This document shows, in pieces, positions 7,246 through 17,663 of a stretch of DNA of 64,000 nt. Each line of letters begins with the position of its first letter. Position 1 is the stretch's first letter. The DNA lies in NCBI GenBank assembly GCA_965249035.1, contig CBDFKV010000005.1, forward strand, positions 50,463 to 114,462, read 5' to 3'. Source of the DNA: Candidatus Poriferihabitaceae bacterium. GTDB lineage: Bacteria > Pseudomonadota > Gammaproteobacteria > Arenicellales > Poriferihabitantaceae. The notes under the pieces were generated by a model. The model worked only from the letters and a program-made list of their open reading frames with translations, was not told the DNA's origin and ran no database searches. A program made the translations under genes and the position numbers.

Positions 7246-7848
7246 ATGCTTCATCTTCCCGTTGATTGTCTCCTCCTTCATTGTGGTAAGGCTTGGATCG
7301 CTTCGTGCCGTAGTTTTCTCAGTTACATTTTCTCCGGCGGCGCGAATGCGATCTTTTTTTCTTTATCGCTAACATTACCCATTAATACCGCGTTCGCGGC
7401 TGATACACAGGCTGTGGGGCGCTATATCGACGTATCGGTTAAAGCCGAGCATGAACAGCTTTGGCCTCTGAATGAAGTCGTTAGTCCAGCCTTTGGTAGC
7501 TGTCCGAGCATTGCATGTGCAATAACCAGCGCGATCAGTTTAGTCGGCTACACACTCTATCCAGGTCAAAAGCACGTATCAGTGCTGAATACTCTGAACA
7601 AGCCGATTCCGACAAACCATTTACGCCTGAACAATTTAACGATTATTGAGGCGATCCACACCCTGATCGGGCCAGCCTATCAAATATTGGTTGATCCCTA
7701 TGATCGCTTAATCTCTTTTGAGCTAATTCAGTCGCCTGTGGTTATTACCACACAAAGCACAACCGCTACGCACTCCGAGGCGCAGACGATTCGACTCAAA
7801 ACGACCAAACCCAATTACCCACCGGATATCGACGGAGGTCGCCGCTAA
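7246..7848 (+). CDS. pilL: PilL-like ICE protein (true start may be downstream)
   Basis: GRYIDVSVKAEHEQLWPLNEVV and LIGPAYQILVDPYDRLISF match PFGI-1-class PilL; first gene of the transfer operon. Confidence 0.75.
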   Translation: MLHLPVDCLLLHCGKAWIASCRSFLSYIFSGGANAIFFSLSLTLPINTAFAADTQAVGRYIDVSVKAEHEQLWPLNEVVSPAFGSCPSIACAITSAISLVGYTLYPGQKHVSVLNTLNKPIPTNHLRLNNLTIIEAIHTLIGPAYQILVDPYDRLISFELIQSPVVITTQSTTATHSEAQTIRLKTTKPNYPPDIDGGRR

Positions 7849-8084
7849 TGAAGCCATTGTATTTAGTTACTGTCAGCGCAGCGTTGATTCTTAGCGGATG
7901 CGTCACTCATACGACTGTTACGACAACCGTCACGGATGTACCTGCAAGCCAGGGCAGTCAGATCGCACCAGCCTGGTTAGCTGATCAATCTCAGTATCCA
8001 CCCTATGTCACTTTAACCAAGCTATCTGACGTACATCGCAACACCAAAGTGTTTCGCATGGGTTCAACCCAAAACGAGGAATAA
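7848..8084 (+). CDS. Small lipoprotein
   Basis: Lipobox LILSG-C. Confidence 0.65.
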   Translation: MKPLYLVTVSAALILSGCVTHTTVTTTVTDVPASQGSQIAPAWLADQSQYPPYVTLTKLSDVHRNTKVFRMGSTQNEE

Positions 8085-8086
8085 CC

Positions 8087-8908
8087 ATGAGCATAGCAAT
8101 TGGTAGTTGGATAAACAAAGTCGGCGCACTGATCGTCATTGCTACCGTGATGGGTTATTTAATCATTCCCCAAGTTTCCCAAGCTCAAGAGGTCGCCAAT
8201 ACCACCATCACCCAGACTGCTACTGGTAATGCCGGTATTAGCACTGTCGATCTAGCCAATAGCACCGCCACACAATGGGGTGTATCCGAAACGGACTGGA
8301 CTCGCTACCAAACATTGATGACGGGGGAAGCAGGACTTCATTACCGTCACCTTGAGCCAGCTTTCGTATTAGGAATTTATTCGGACACTGAGGCAGATCG
8401 GGAGAAATACGCCGAAATATATTATCGCCAGGAAAAAGCGCGCCTGGCTCGATTGTTTGCCTTCAACCGCGCCTATATGCGGCACGCGACCGAGATTGAT
8501 GGTGACAAACGTCTGATCAATACCGTGCAAGTAGCAGAACGCAAGGCGCAGCTTGAAATTGCACCCAAACCCCTGTCAGCGGGTGTATCGCTGTCAGCGA
8601 CCAATGATCGTCATGTGGTCTTTGTTAAACGCAATTGCAGCTTATGCGATACGGCAGTCAAGCGCCTGGTCGATGCACGGCGGCGTTTTGAAATCTACTA
8701 TTCCGGTGCGGACAAGGCAGATGAAATTCGTAATTGGGCTTCCGTGCTCAATATTCCACCTGAGCGAGTGAAAAGTGGTGATATCTCCCTGAACTTCGAT
8801 CAGGGCTTTTCAACCCAACTTGGTATCACAGAATTTCCAGCGGTTTACCGTACTACCAAGCTCGAAGAACAGATCAGTGTTGATGATGCAGTCAAAGGCG
8901 CTCAGTAG
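8087..8908 (+). CDS. ICE protein, TIGR03759-like
   Basis: QWGVSETDWTRYQTLM, LGIYS...REKYA, FVKRNCSLC, IRNWA...IP...V..G.I.LN.D. Confidence 0.85.
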   Translation: MSIAIGSWINKVGALIVIATVMGYLIIPQVSQAQEVANTTITQTATGNAGISTVDLANSTATQWGVSETDWTRYQTLMTGEAGLHYRHLEPAFVLGIYSDTEADREKYAEIYYRQEKARLARLFAFNRAYMRHATEIDGDKRLINTVQVAERKAQLEIAPKPLSAGVSLSATNDRHVVFVKRNCSLCDTAVKRLVDARRRFEIYYSGADKADEIRNWASVLNIPPERVKSGDISLNFDQGFSTQLGITEFPAVYRTTKLEEQISVDDAVKGAQ

Positions 8909-9446
8909 GCTGCAACATACGATTGCAGCTGTATTGATCAGCGCGATGCTGATGACGCCAGCTTGGGCAGAAATTTCAGTACCGAATGCTTATGAACAGG
9001 AAGCACGAATAAACCATATCCCGCCCGTGGTGTTGTTTGCATTAGCACTGGTTGAATCAGGTCGAACCTTGCCGAACAAGGTGTATCGCCCCTGGCCCTG
9101 GACGTTGACGATCAACGCCAAGCCGTATTTCTTCAATAACCGCGAAGATGCAAGCACCAAGTTGCAAGAAGTGCTTGCAGGAGAAATACCGGAACAACTC
9201 GGCGTTGGCTTAATGCAGGTTGAGTGGCGCTTTCATAAACAACGCTTTGCGAGTGCAGCGGCAGCGCTTGATCCGTATCAAAACCTTAAGGTCGGTGCAG
9301 CGATCTTCTCCGAATACTGGAAAGAGACTGGCAACTTGTGGGAAGCCATTGGTCGCTATCACTCGAAAACCCCGAAGTATGCAGCCAAGTACAAGAACCT
9401 GGTCGGTGATCGCTTGCTGCGCTTGTTGGCTCAAAACGTCGAATGA
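8883..9446 (+). CDS. Lytic transglycosylase (SLT) of the ICE T4SS
   Basis: ALVESG catalytic Glu, PWPWTL, GLMQV, ALDPYQNL, AIGRYHS. Confidence 0.92.
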   Translation: MMQSKALSRLQHTIAAVLISAMLMTPAWAEISVPNAYEQEARINHIPPVVLFALALVESGRTLPNKVYRPWPWTLTINAKPYFFNNREDASTKLQEVLAGEIPEQLGVGLMQVEWRFHKQRFASAAAALDPYQNLKVGAAIFSEYWKETGNLWEAIGRYHSKTPKYAAKYKNLVGDRLLRLLAQNVE

Positions 9447-10042
9447 ACATGAGAACTTACATAGGGCCACTGGCATTGCTTGCCTGCCAGATTTTCATAT
9501 TTAGTTGTACGCTGTTATTAATGGCTAAAGCTGATCTGTACGAGCTAGGGCGCGGTGTTGGTATTACTGAGACAGATCAAGCGCTGAAAGAAATGGGCTT
9601 GCTGGACAGGCTGATTAATCCCGACAAGATTAATCTTGAAGCTCCTGCCAATAATCGTGTGAATACTCCATCGGCAGCATTTTTCCGTGATGCATTGAAT
9701 AGCTTGGTACGTCCAGAGTTTCCTGTCCGAACTTCATTGCGCTATTCCGATACCAGTACCACCAGGGAAGTCGGTGTGTATCTGAAAGTACCACTGTGTA
9801 TTGTTGGTACCAACGAGGGATCGCTGCGCTGGATGGAGCAAAACAAGGACTTACTGACACAGCACGAAGCCGTATGCGCGATTGCTGATGCAGACAATGA
9901 ATCGGCATTGCTGACAATGCAAAAGCTGGCTGCACCTGTTCCTGTGGTGGTAATCCCACTGGAAGAAATCGCAGCCAGGCACGGGATTGACCAGTATCCG
10001 GTACTGGTCACGGGTTCAATTCAGAATCTGAGGCAGAACTAA
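9443..10042 (+). CDS. ICE protein, TIGR03765-like
   Basis: FPVRT, PLCIVG....SLRWM, GIDQYPVLVT; position before traD. Confidence 0.8.
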   Translation: MNMRTYIGPLALLACQIFIFSCTLLLMAKADLYELGRGVGITETDQALKEMGLLDRLINPDKINLEAPANNRVNTPSAAFFRDALNSLVRPEFPVRTSLRYSDTSTTREVGVYLKVPLCIVGTNEGSLRWMEQNKDLLTQHEAVCAIADADNESALLTMQKLAAPVPVVVIPLEEIAARHGIDQYPVLVTGSIQNLRQN

Positions 10043-10044
10043 CG

Positions 10045-12306
10045 ATGACAGCCAAGTATCAAATCGAAGCACTGTTAAGACCTGCGATTGAAGGCACGTC
10101 GGCGGTGTTTGCGCTGTTGATGGCCTTAACCATCTTCCTGGCGCATAGCAATCTGCTGATGCCAACACCAGTCGCCTTGTGGTCATCATCATTTTTTATT
10201 GCCTATGCGCTGTGGCGAGCCTGGCAATGGTATCGGATCAAGCGCTATCACCGGCTGCTGTTAAGACAGCCACGCTATGCCCTGAAGCAAAACAAAATCC
10301 CCGTGTCCAGGAAAGCGCTGTTTCTGGGCAAGGGTTTTCGATGGTCGCAAAAGCATACACAGCGACTGCGAGATTGTCTGTTGCCGGAGAATGAAGCGTA
10401 TCTCAGGGAAGGAACCTGGTATCGCAGAGCGCGAAACCTGGAACTTCGCTTTGAGGGTACAACACTAGAAAAGCTCTTATCGAGCCAATGGGTTTTGAAT
10501 CCAGTACGTCCGAAGCCAGAAGTTGGTGGACGCCCTGAAATTCATGGGGTGGGCATGTATGAGGGTGAACAGAAAGTCTATTTGCCGTTGTTTGAGCGAG
10601 TCGGTCATACGCTGGTGTTGGGTACTACGCGAGTCGGCAAAACTCGCCTGGCAGAAGTGATGGCCACTCAGGATATCGCTCGCGGCGAAACCGTGATTTT
10701 CTTTGATCCCAAAGGCGATGCTGATTTAGTTAAGTCGCTGTATGCCGCTGCGCGTGAGGCTGGGCGCCTGGATAACTTCTATATCTTTCACCTGGCGTAT
10801 CCAGAGGTGTCGGCCCGATATAACCCGCTTGGCTCGTATTCGCGGATTACGGAACCGGCGACCCGTATTGCCAACGGCTTGCCAAATGAGGGCAATTCGG
10901 CAGCGTTCAAGGAATTCGGCTGGCGGTTCACAAACATCATTACCCGGGCGTTGCATTTCCTGGGCAAACGTCCTTCGTATGAGGCGATTGCCAAGTACAT
11001 CGATAACATCGACGTGCTGCTGATCGAATACGGAATTGCCTGGCTGAAAGAGGTAGACCTCGAAAACTACGAATCGGGTATTGCCCGAATCAAGTACGGC
11101 TTGACCGGCAACAAAGATGACCCCAACAAACCTAACGTACCGGCACTTGTCCCTACCGAGCGTGGTCGAGATATGGATGCAGTCTGCACTGCGCGATATC
11201 TCAAGCAGTACATGCAGGAAACTGATCAACACGAACCTGTCGCGGCTGGATTGCTATCGGCGTTCAAATACGACAAGGCGTATTTCGACAAAATCGTTTC
11301 TTCACTTGGCCCGTTCCTGGAAAAATTGACTGCTGGCAAGGTCAGTGAATTACTAAGCCCAGACTATAACGATCTGACTGATGAGCGCCCGATATTCGAT
11401 TGGCGCGATGTGATCCGCACCAACGGTATTGTTTACGTTGGCCTGGCTGCGTTGACGGATGTCACCGTCGCATCTGCGGTCGGCAATGCCATGTTTTCCG
11501 ACTTGACCGCCGTTGCGGGTGATTTGTATGCGCATGGCACGGGATCGGACGCTATCGGTGACGCTGGCTATGCCAAGGTATCGATACATGCCGACGAATT
11601 CAATGAATTGATCGGTGATGAATTTGTGCCGATGTTGAATAAGGCAGGTGGTGCCGGTTATCAGGTAACGGCTTACACCCAAACCTGGGCAGATATCGAG
11701 GCGCGTATTGGTAGTCGCGCCAAGGCTGAACAGGTTGGCGGTAACTTCAACACGCTGGCGATGTTGCGGGTTTTACGAACCGACACCGCTGAAATGTTGA
11801 CGGATAAATTGCCAAAAGTGCAAGTTAATCAAATCACCACTTTGTCCGCAGCCAGTCATTCCGACACACCCGAGGACGGTACACCGTTTTCATCCAGGGT
11901 TGAAGATCGTATTACGACTGCTGATGTGCCGATGATCGATCCGTCTGATTTAACTCGTTTGCCCAAAGGCCAGGCGTTCATCTTGAAAGAAGGTGGGCAA
12001 CTGTTCAAGGTGCGTTTGCCATTGGCAGTTGCCGACGATGAAGGCATACCCGACCAGGTACGTGGGCTGGTCGAGAATATGCGCAAGGATAGCGATACCC
12101 GCAATTCCGATACCTGGTATCGGGATGAGTGGTGGCAAAGCACCGTTGGCGGTGCGGTCAATACCCGTAATTTCCGTGATCTGGTTTTTGGCAACAAACA
12201 AGACGAAGCCCAAAATCCAGAGGATTTGGTGAGTCAGGATGATGCTGATCCGTCAAATAATGTTGACAGCGCTCAGGAGCCTGATATGGAGGCTTTCAAT
12301 GGTTGA
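10045..12306 (+). CDS. traD: Type IV coupling protein TraD (GI-type)
   Basis: IEALLRP, Walker A GTTRVGKT, FDPKGD, HADEFNEL, LPKGQAF. Confidence 0.96.
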   Translation: MTAKYQIEALLRPAIEGTSAVFALLMALTIFLAHSNLLMPTPVALWSSSFFIAYALWRAWQWYRIKRYHRLLLRQPRYALKQNKIPVSRKALFLGKGFRWSQKHTQRLRDCLLPENEAYLREGTWYRRARNLELRFEGTTLEKLLSSQWVLNPVRPKPEVGGRPEIHGVGMYEGEQKVYLPLFERVGHTLVLGTTRVGKTRLAEVMATQDIARGETVIFFDPKGDADLVKSLYAAAREAGRLDNFYIFHLAYPEVSARYNPLGSYSRITEPATRIANGLPNEGNSAAFKEFGWRFTNIITRALHFLGKRPSYEAIAKYIDNIDVLLIEYGIAWLKEVDLENYESGIARIKYGLTGNKDDPNKPNVPALVPTERGRDMDAVCTARYLKQYMQETDQHEPVAAGLLSAFKYDKAYFDKIVSSLGPFLEKLTAGKVSELLSPDYNDLTDERPIFDWRDVIRTNGIVYVGLAALTDVTVASAVGNAMFSDLTAVAGDLYAHGTGSDAIGDAGYAKVSIHADEFNELIGDEFVPMLNKAGGAGYQVTAYTQTWADIEARIGSRAKAEQVGGNFNTLAMLRVLRTDTAEMLTDKLPKVQVNQITTLSAASHSDTPEDGTPFSSRVEDRITTADVPMIDPSDLTRLPKGQAFILKEGGQLFKVRLPLAVADDEGIPDQVRGLVENMRKDSDTRNSDTWYRDEWWQSTVGGAVNTRNFRDLVFGNKQDEAQNPEDLVSQDDADPSNNVDSAQEPDMEAFNG

Positions 12307-12985
12307 TCGTACCCGTGAGTCCAAACCGGAAAGCAAGGCGTTCCTGGCGCGTCTGTCGCGCATTCCACTGCATTTAATCCTGTGGGTTTTTGGTTCACTG
12401 CTTGTCTCTTTGATACTGGAATGGCTGTTGATGTCCTTTGTCTGGTACGACCAAGGCGCTGAGCACTCGCGCCAGGTATTGATCAAGGAATGGGGATTCA
12501 TCAATAGCCACTTCACCCGTGCAGCATTTGGGATTACTTCACCGTCCGAAATAGCCGCCTTTCTCGCCGAGAAAATGCATTACTGGATATTCACCTGGAC
12601 AGGGCTGGAATCGCTGCTGCTGTCCATTGGCAAGTTCGGCAATCTGATCGGTGAGTACATCAATGCATCGCTGAATATCACGCAAGTGTTCTTTTTGCGC
12701 TTGTCGATCACGATTGCATCGCTACCGTTATTTGTTCTGTTTGGCTATTGGGGCTTTTTTGAAGGCTTGGTACGCCGCGATCTGAGGCGCTACGGCGCGG
12801 ATTACGAGCGCGGGCTGTTGTTTTCATGGGCCAAGTATCTAACTGGCTCAGTCATTATTTTGCCGATCATTTTCTATCTGACCATACCCGTCACCCTGAA
12901 CCCTGCACTGGTTTTTATTCCGTTCGCGGCTTTGTTGGCGATTGTCCTGATGGTCGTGTCATCCACTTTCACCAAATACGTTTGA
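12299..12985 (+). CDS. ICE membrane protein, TIGR03747-like
   Basis: GAEHS, EGLVRRDLRRYGA, FTKYV C-terminus; follows traD. Confidence 0.88.
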   Translation: MVDRTRESKPESKAFLARLSRIPLHLILWVFGSLLVSLILEWLLMSFVWYDQGAEHSRQVLIKEWGFINSHFTRAAFGITSPSEIAAFLAEKMHYWIFTWTGLESLLLSIGKFGNLIGEYINASLNITQVFFLRLSITIASLPLFVLFGYWGFFEGLVRRDLRRYGADYERGLLFSWAKYLTGSVIILPIIFYLTIPVTLNPALVFIPFAALLAIVLMVVSSTFTKYV

Positions 12986-12996
12986 GGTTTTATCTC

Positions 12997-13356
12997 ATGA
13001 GTTTTACCAAATTGTTCCGCATCACCTTGCTGGCAAGCCTGCTGACCGCGCCATTAATGGTTAGCGCCGATCAGGTTCCAGGCTTTGTACGGGATGGGGA
13101 AGATAATCAGTTTTTCCAGAGCAGAGCGGAAGGCTTGAGTGTGGTGGTCAAGGAAATCACCGCGCTCAAGCAATTGATTCAAATCGTTCAGTCACTGCCC
13201 GATGAACGTGGTCGTTATCGCGTTTCATTTGATCGCATGTTGACCGACCTTGATCTGATTCAAAAAGGTGTACTGGAGACTATTAACCTTCCGACAACTG
13301 CGCCCGTTCAGGGCATTCAGGAGTATCCGGCATTGACAGCGGACTACATGGAGTAA
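12997..13356 (+). CDS. RAQPRD-family ICE protein
   Basis: Signal peptide; RYRVSFDRMLTDLDLIQKGV; gene order. Confidence 0.75.
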   Translation: MSFTKLFRITLLASLLTAPLMVSADQVPGFVRDGEDNQFFQSRAEGLSVVVKEITALKQLIQIVQSLPDERGRYRVSFDRMLTDLDLIQKGVLETINLPTTAPVQGIQEYPALTADYME

Positions 13357-13359
13357 GAC

Positions 13360-13623
13360 ATGGCAGCACTAGGCACAGATACGATCACCTCTAACGTGTC
13401 CTCTGCATTTGATGCGGCTTCGGGCACGACTACAACGGCAGTCTTCGGTTTGATTGTTGCTGCTGCTGCGGTGGGCGTATTCGTGTGGGCTGGCAGTTAC
13501 GTGATTCGGACGTTTGCGACCGGGCTTCAAAGTGGCGACGTTAAGCACATTTTCAGCGGAATCGTCATGGTGGTTCTGGTCGTGTTTACGATGCTCTACA
13601 TAATTAACTACATCAAACCTTAA
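13360..13623 (+). CDS. ICE membrane protein, TIGR03758-like
   Basis: SAFDAASG followed by two TM segments. Confidence 0.78.
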   Translation: MAALGTDTITSNVSSAFDAASGTTTTAVFGLIVAAAAVGVFVWAGSYVIRTFATGLQSGDVKHIFSGIVMVVLVVFTMLYIINYIKP

Positions 13624-13652
13624 CTACTTTTTATTTAACGGAGATCAATCCA

Positions 13653-14075
13653 ATGACTACCAATAAAACACTTACTATTTTCAAGAAATACTCGATGCCC
13701 CTGCTAATTGCGCTCGGTCTGTTTGGCCTGGCTAAAGTGGGCTTTGCCGATATTACCACACCGACTTTGCCCGACGGTTCGGCAGCGTCCGATAACTTTA
13801 TCGGTGATATGGGCAAGGTGCTTAAAGGTGCCTTTCAGTTGGGTATCTATGCGCTGCTGGCCGGTGGTTGGCTGGTCGCGGGTTATCTGATCATTCAAGG
13901 CGCAATCGCCATGTTTCAGTCAAAGGGTGGTGCTGGACAATTCTTCATGGGCATATTTGTCGCCTTTGTGATGGTACTGGCGATGACGTACTTCCTGGAC
14001 AAAGGTGAGACTGCACTGGACGATATTGGCGTTTCGTCGCTGTATCAGCCTGCTTCAATCACTTCGATTGCATAG
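13653..14075 (+). CDS. ICE pilin-like membrane protein, TIGR03745-like
   Basis: Signal peptide plus two TM segments; gene order. Confidence 0.72.
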   Translation: MTTNKTLTIFKKYSMPLLIALGLFGLAKVGFADITTPTLPDGSAASDNFIGDMGKVLKGAFQLGIYALLAGGWLVAGYLIIQGAIAMFQSKGGAGQFFMGIFVAFVMVLAMTYFLDKGETALDDIGVSSLYQPASITSIA

Positions 14076-14084
14076 GGATTAGCA

Positions 14085-14459
14085 ATGGCTAAGCCACAAC
14101 AACGCTTACCCCTAACCACACGGGTTGGACGCCAGCCCGTGATGGCGATGGGCTTGAATGGGTCAGAATTTATGCTCGTTATCGGTATCGGATTCATAGC
14201 GATGATTGTGTTCACCATTCTCGGCTTTGTTGTGCTTGGCAAATTCCATTATGGAATGCTGTTTGGGTTTATGGCGGCTTTATTGGTTGGCTATATCACG
14301 AAGCTGTTATTCGTAGCCTACAAACGCCAAACCCCAGACGGGTATTTCCAACAAATTCTTTATCGCCTGCAACGCGATACCACCGGCAACAAAAAGCTGA
14401 TTACTCACCAGGGTAATTGGGATGCGCTGCGCGTGATTAAACGACCTCAACTTACATAG
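14085..14459 (+). CDS. ICE VirB3-like protein, TIGR03750-like
   Basis: QPVMAMGLNGSE, two TM segments, KRQTPDGY. Confidence 0.82.
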   Translation: MAKPQQRLPLTTRVGRQPVMAMGLNGSEFMLVIGIGFIAMIVFTILGFVVLGKFHYGMLFGFMAALLVGYITKLLFVAYKRQTPDGYFQQILYRLQRDTTGNKKLITHQGNWDALRVIKRPQLT

Positions 14460-14467
14460 AACCGACG

Positions 14468-15142
14468 ATGCTAAACACAACTGACACTAGCAACCAGGCG
14501 GCTATGCCTGGTACGGCTTATAGCCGTGAAACCCATACCCTTAAAGCGATTAATCGAGGTTTGATGTTGGTCATCATGCTGATGGCTTTGGCATTGGTCG
14601 GCTCTATCGGCCTTTACTGGAATCTGTCAAAGACCGATACCTTATGGGTTCCACCGGATACCAGCAACGGTGCAATGGTGCAAAAGAATATGCCGGACAA
14701 GGCCAATATCTACGGCTTTTCCAACTACATCATGCAATACCTGTATCACTGGCCTATTGATGGGGCAGAGGATTACAAGAAGAATGTTTTTGATCTGTCT
14801 TTTTACATCACGCCGAATTTCAAGGCGTGGCTGGATAAAGACTACGGCACCTCCGCGAACTTCGCTGGCATTAACGAGCTGTCTGGACGCCAGAGAATGC
14901 TGTTGCCATTAGACCAGAAACGCTATAGCTCGGCGAGTGTTAAGCCCTTGGCTGATGGCGTTTGGGAAATCACGCTGTATTACCAGCTGCGCGAGCATTA
15001 CAAGCGCGAAAAAATCAAGGATACGCCGATGCGATATCGGCTGCGCGTCGTGCGCTCAGAAGTCGATCCCGAACGCAATGCCTGGGGATTGAAGATCGAC
15101 GGTTTTGTGGAGTCACCAAGCCGTGTCGAGATAGGAGACTGA
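14468..15142 (+). CDS. ICE protein, TIGR03746-like (DUF2895)
   Basis: VPPD..NG, NIYGF..YI.QYL..WP.DG..DY, DPERNAWGL. Confidence 0.9.
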   Translation: MLNTTDTSNQAAMPGTAYSRETHTLKAINRGLMLVIMLMALALVGSIGLYWNLSKTDTLWVPPDTSNGAMVQKNMPDKANIYGFSNYIMQYLYHWPIDGAEDYKKNVFDLSFYITPNFKAWLDKDYGTSANFAGINELSGRQRMLLPLDQKRYSSASVKPLADGVWEITLYYQLREHYKREKIKDTPMRYRLRVVRSEVDPERNAWGLKIDGFVESPSRVEIGD

Positions 15143-15145
15143 AGA

Positions 15146-15391
15146 ATGGGCCAAACCGTCAGATTTGCACATTTGCATGAAACAGATTTCGGTCAAGTCG
15201 TGGTGATCAAGCAGGGACAGCACCACGATCCAGCGATATCAGTGATTTATCGTGTCGATGGCATCACCGTCGATGCAGGCAGCACGGTCGGTTCTGAAGC
15301 AGAACTCAACCAGCTCTTTGATCAACTTGCCGACCCCACGTTCGTCAGTCGAACCGTGGAGTCGTTCAATAAACAGTTACTACAAAGGTAG
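15146..15391 (+). CDS. Hypothetical 81-aa protein inserted in the transfer operon
   Basis: GGAG RBS; fills the gap between the TIGR03746-like and TIGR03749-like genes. Confidence 0.65.
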   Translation: MGQTVRFAHLHETDFGQVVVIKQGQHHDPAISVIYRVDGITVDAGSTVGSEAELNQLFDQLADPTFVSRTVESFNKQLLQR

Positions 15392-15396
15392 TCACC

Positions 15397-16353
15397 ATGA
15401 ATAAACCCTCGTTACCACTGTTGGCAATTGCCCTGGTATTACCTTTGTTGGTCTGCATGGGCAATGTTGCTACAGCACAAAACGCCGATGCAGTCGTTAA
15501 TAGCGACTTTGGTCTGAGCGATGAGCCAAAACCAAAGCAGCTTGAGCCACAGCAAATCATTTATCACGGTGCGCCGATTTCAATCACCATGAGTGCAGGC
15601 CAGGAGCGCCGGATTGTCTTTGATGGAGCATTTGAGATCGGTATTGATTCCAAGCTAACGCCGGAAGATCAGGCCGCATTCAGGCCGCAAATCTTCGGCA
15701 ATAATTTGCTGTTGACCGTTGATCATCCGCTGGCATTGCGTGTCATTGCCAACGTAGCGGGAGAAAGCGTACCGATTGATTTAGCCGTAGTTGAGGAAGC
15801 AAGCGATCATTATCCAGTGGCGATAGTCCGCAAGTCGGTGATTGAGGCTGAACAACGCCTCAATGCCGAGATTGAGCCGCCGATAGTTCCCACATCGGCA
15901 TTGCATTATCCAGGCAAGGCCAAGCCTCCAGGCTACGTAGACCTGGTGCGCTTTGCTGCGCAAAAAATGTATGCGCCGAAACGCTACCAAAAGGACTTGA
16001 AGGCAGCAAAGCCGGTTGATGTTGATCCTGCGCCGGTACGCCTGATGCGCTTTGATGCGGTTGAAACCAAAGCCATTGGTACCTGGAAATTCGGAGAGCT
16101 GTTTGTCACTGCGGTTGAAGTCACAAACAAACATGCCAGGCCGATCAATCTTGATCCACGACTACTGATCGGTCGCTGGAATGCAGCCAGCTTTCATCAC
16201 AACCGCCTGGGGCCAGTCGGCAGTCGCTTTGATCGAACCATGTTGTACCTGGTATCGACCAAGACCTTCGATGATGCGCTCGGTGTCTATCGCAAGGTAG
16301 CGGCGAACAAGAAGGATACAGACGTCGATATGTCACAAGGTGGGAGGCGGTAG
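15397..16353 (+). CDS. ICE protein, TIGR03749-like (DUF3438)
   Basis: GQERRIVF, LVRFAAQKMYAPKR, LDPRLLIG.W..ASF.H.RLG. Confidence 0.9.
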   Translation: MNKPSLPLLAIALVLPLLVCMGNVATAQNADAVVNSDFGLSDEPKPKQLEPQQIIYHGAPISITMSAGQERRIVFDGAFEIGIDSKLTPEDQAAFRPQIFGNNLLLTVDHPLALRVIANVAGESVPIDLAVVEEASDHYPVAIVRKSVIEAEQRLNAEIEPPIVPTSALHYPGKAKPPGYVDLVRFAAQKMYAPKRYQKDLKAAKPVDVDPAPVRLMRFDAVETKAIGTWKFGELFVTAVEVTNKHARPINLDPRLLIGRWNAASFHHNRLGPVGSRFDRTMLYLVSTKTFDDALGVYRKVAANKKDTDVDMSQGGRR

Positions 16354-16355
16354 AC

Positions 16356-17663
16356 ATGGCTAAACCCAAGAGTAATATGCTCGTTCTGGTCGGTGCTGGT
16401 TTTCTGGCATTGATCGTGATTGCTGGCCTTATGTTTCGTTTCTACGGTGCTGATATCAGTGATCGGATCACCGGCAAGAATAAGGTGCAGGATGCCAAAG
16501 ATACCCCGCGTGAATCCCTCACCGCGATGTCATCAAAGCTGACCGGCGTTCGTGAAACCGTTGACGAACTTGCTAAGAAAATGGCGGCTGGTACTGAGGC
16601 GTCGGCTGAAGAACAGGCAAAACTGCTGGAACGGGCGCGTAAGGAAGCCGCAGCGAGCAACAAAAATGTTCTGGACGTTGTTCAGCAACAATTTGAAGCG
16701 CTGTCCAAGAAGATCGAGCAACAGAAGGAATACGAAGTCAATAAGCCAGTTCCCCAGGGTGGGCAACTGCGCAATGACGGTCGAATCTGGTTTGGACAGC
16801 CAGGTACAAGCGCTGCTGGCGGTACGGGTGGAATTCAAACCCTGCCTGACCGAATCAAGGGCAAACTTGGTTCACTCGACTTTGCTGGTATCCGCTCGGC
16901 TGGCGGTAATCCAGACGATGATAATCCACAGATTCCTGCGTACACGATTCCATCCAATTCGACCCTGATTGGCTCCAAAGCAATCACCGCCCTGATCGGA
17001 CGGGTGCCGATAGGTGGGCAATTGCGCGATCCAGTACCGTTCAAGATCGTCACGGGTGCTGAAAACCTGACCGCCAATGATATGTATCTGCCGGAAGTCG
17101 AAAAGATGATCTGGTCGGGTTACGCCGCTGGTGATGGAGCGATTAAATGCGCTACCGGCAAAGTTACCAGCGTCACCTTTGTATTCAGGGATGGAACGAT
17201 TCTGACTCAGGACGCCAAGCAACCTGATGTTGGTCTGGGCTGGATATCCAATGATCAGGGATATCCCTGCATTCCTGGTACCTATGTATCCAATGCACCG
17301 GAAGTCATGCGCAAACTGTTTGGTGCTGGATTCGCTAGTGGAGCTGCGGGTGCGCTTGCACAAGCTCAGACTCAAACAACTGTCACCACGGGCGGCGCAC
17401 TTGCAACTACAGTTACCGGCGATACCGGCGAATTTGCGATTGCACAAGGTTTAGCTGCTGGCTTTTCAGAATGGTCACGATACGTCGCTGAACGTGCGCG
17501 GGATCTGTTTGATGCGATTGTGGTTCACCCAGGTGAAGTGGTGGCGATCAACACCACAGAGCCAATACTGATCGACTATGGCGCTAGAGGCCGCAAAATT
17601 CGGCATGTCGCCAACCTCGCAATTCCCGCAACCAAAGTACCATCTAACGGAGGATTGGATTGA
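16356..17663 (+). CDS. VirB10/TraB-like ICE protein, TIGR03752-like
   Basis: N-terminal TM, coiled coil, YTIPSNSTLIGSKAITALIGRVP, IDY...GRK. Confidence 0.92.
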   Translation: MAKPKSNMLVLVGAGFLALIVIAGLMFRFYGADISDRITGKNKVQDAKDTPRESLTAMSSKLTGVRETVDELAKKMAAGTEASAEEQAKLLERARKEAAASNKNVLDVVQQQFEALSKKIEQQKEYEVNKPVPQGGQLRNDGRIWFGQPGTSAAGGTGGIQTLPDRIKGKLGSLDFAGIRSAGGNPDDDNPQIPAYTIPSNSTLIGSKAITALIGRVPIGGQLRDPVPFKIVTGAENLTANDMYLPEVEKMIWSGYAAGDGAIKCATGKVTSVTFVFRDGTILTQDAKQPDVGLGWISNDQGYPCIPGTYVSNAPEVMRKLFGAGFASGAAGALAQAQTQTTVTTGGALATTVTGDTGEFAIAQGLAAGFSEWSRYVAERARDLFDAIVVHPGEVVAINTTEPILIDYGARGRKIRHVANLAIPATKVPSNGGLD

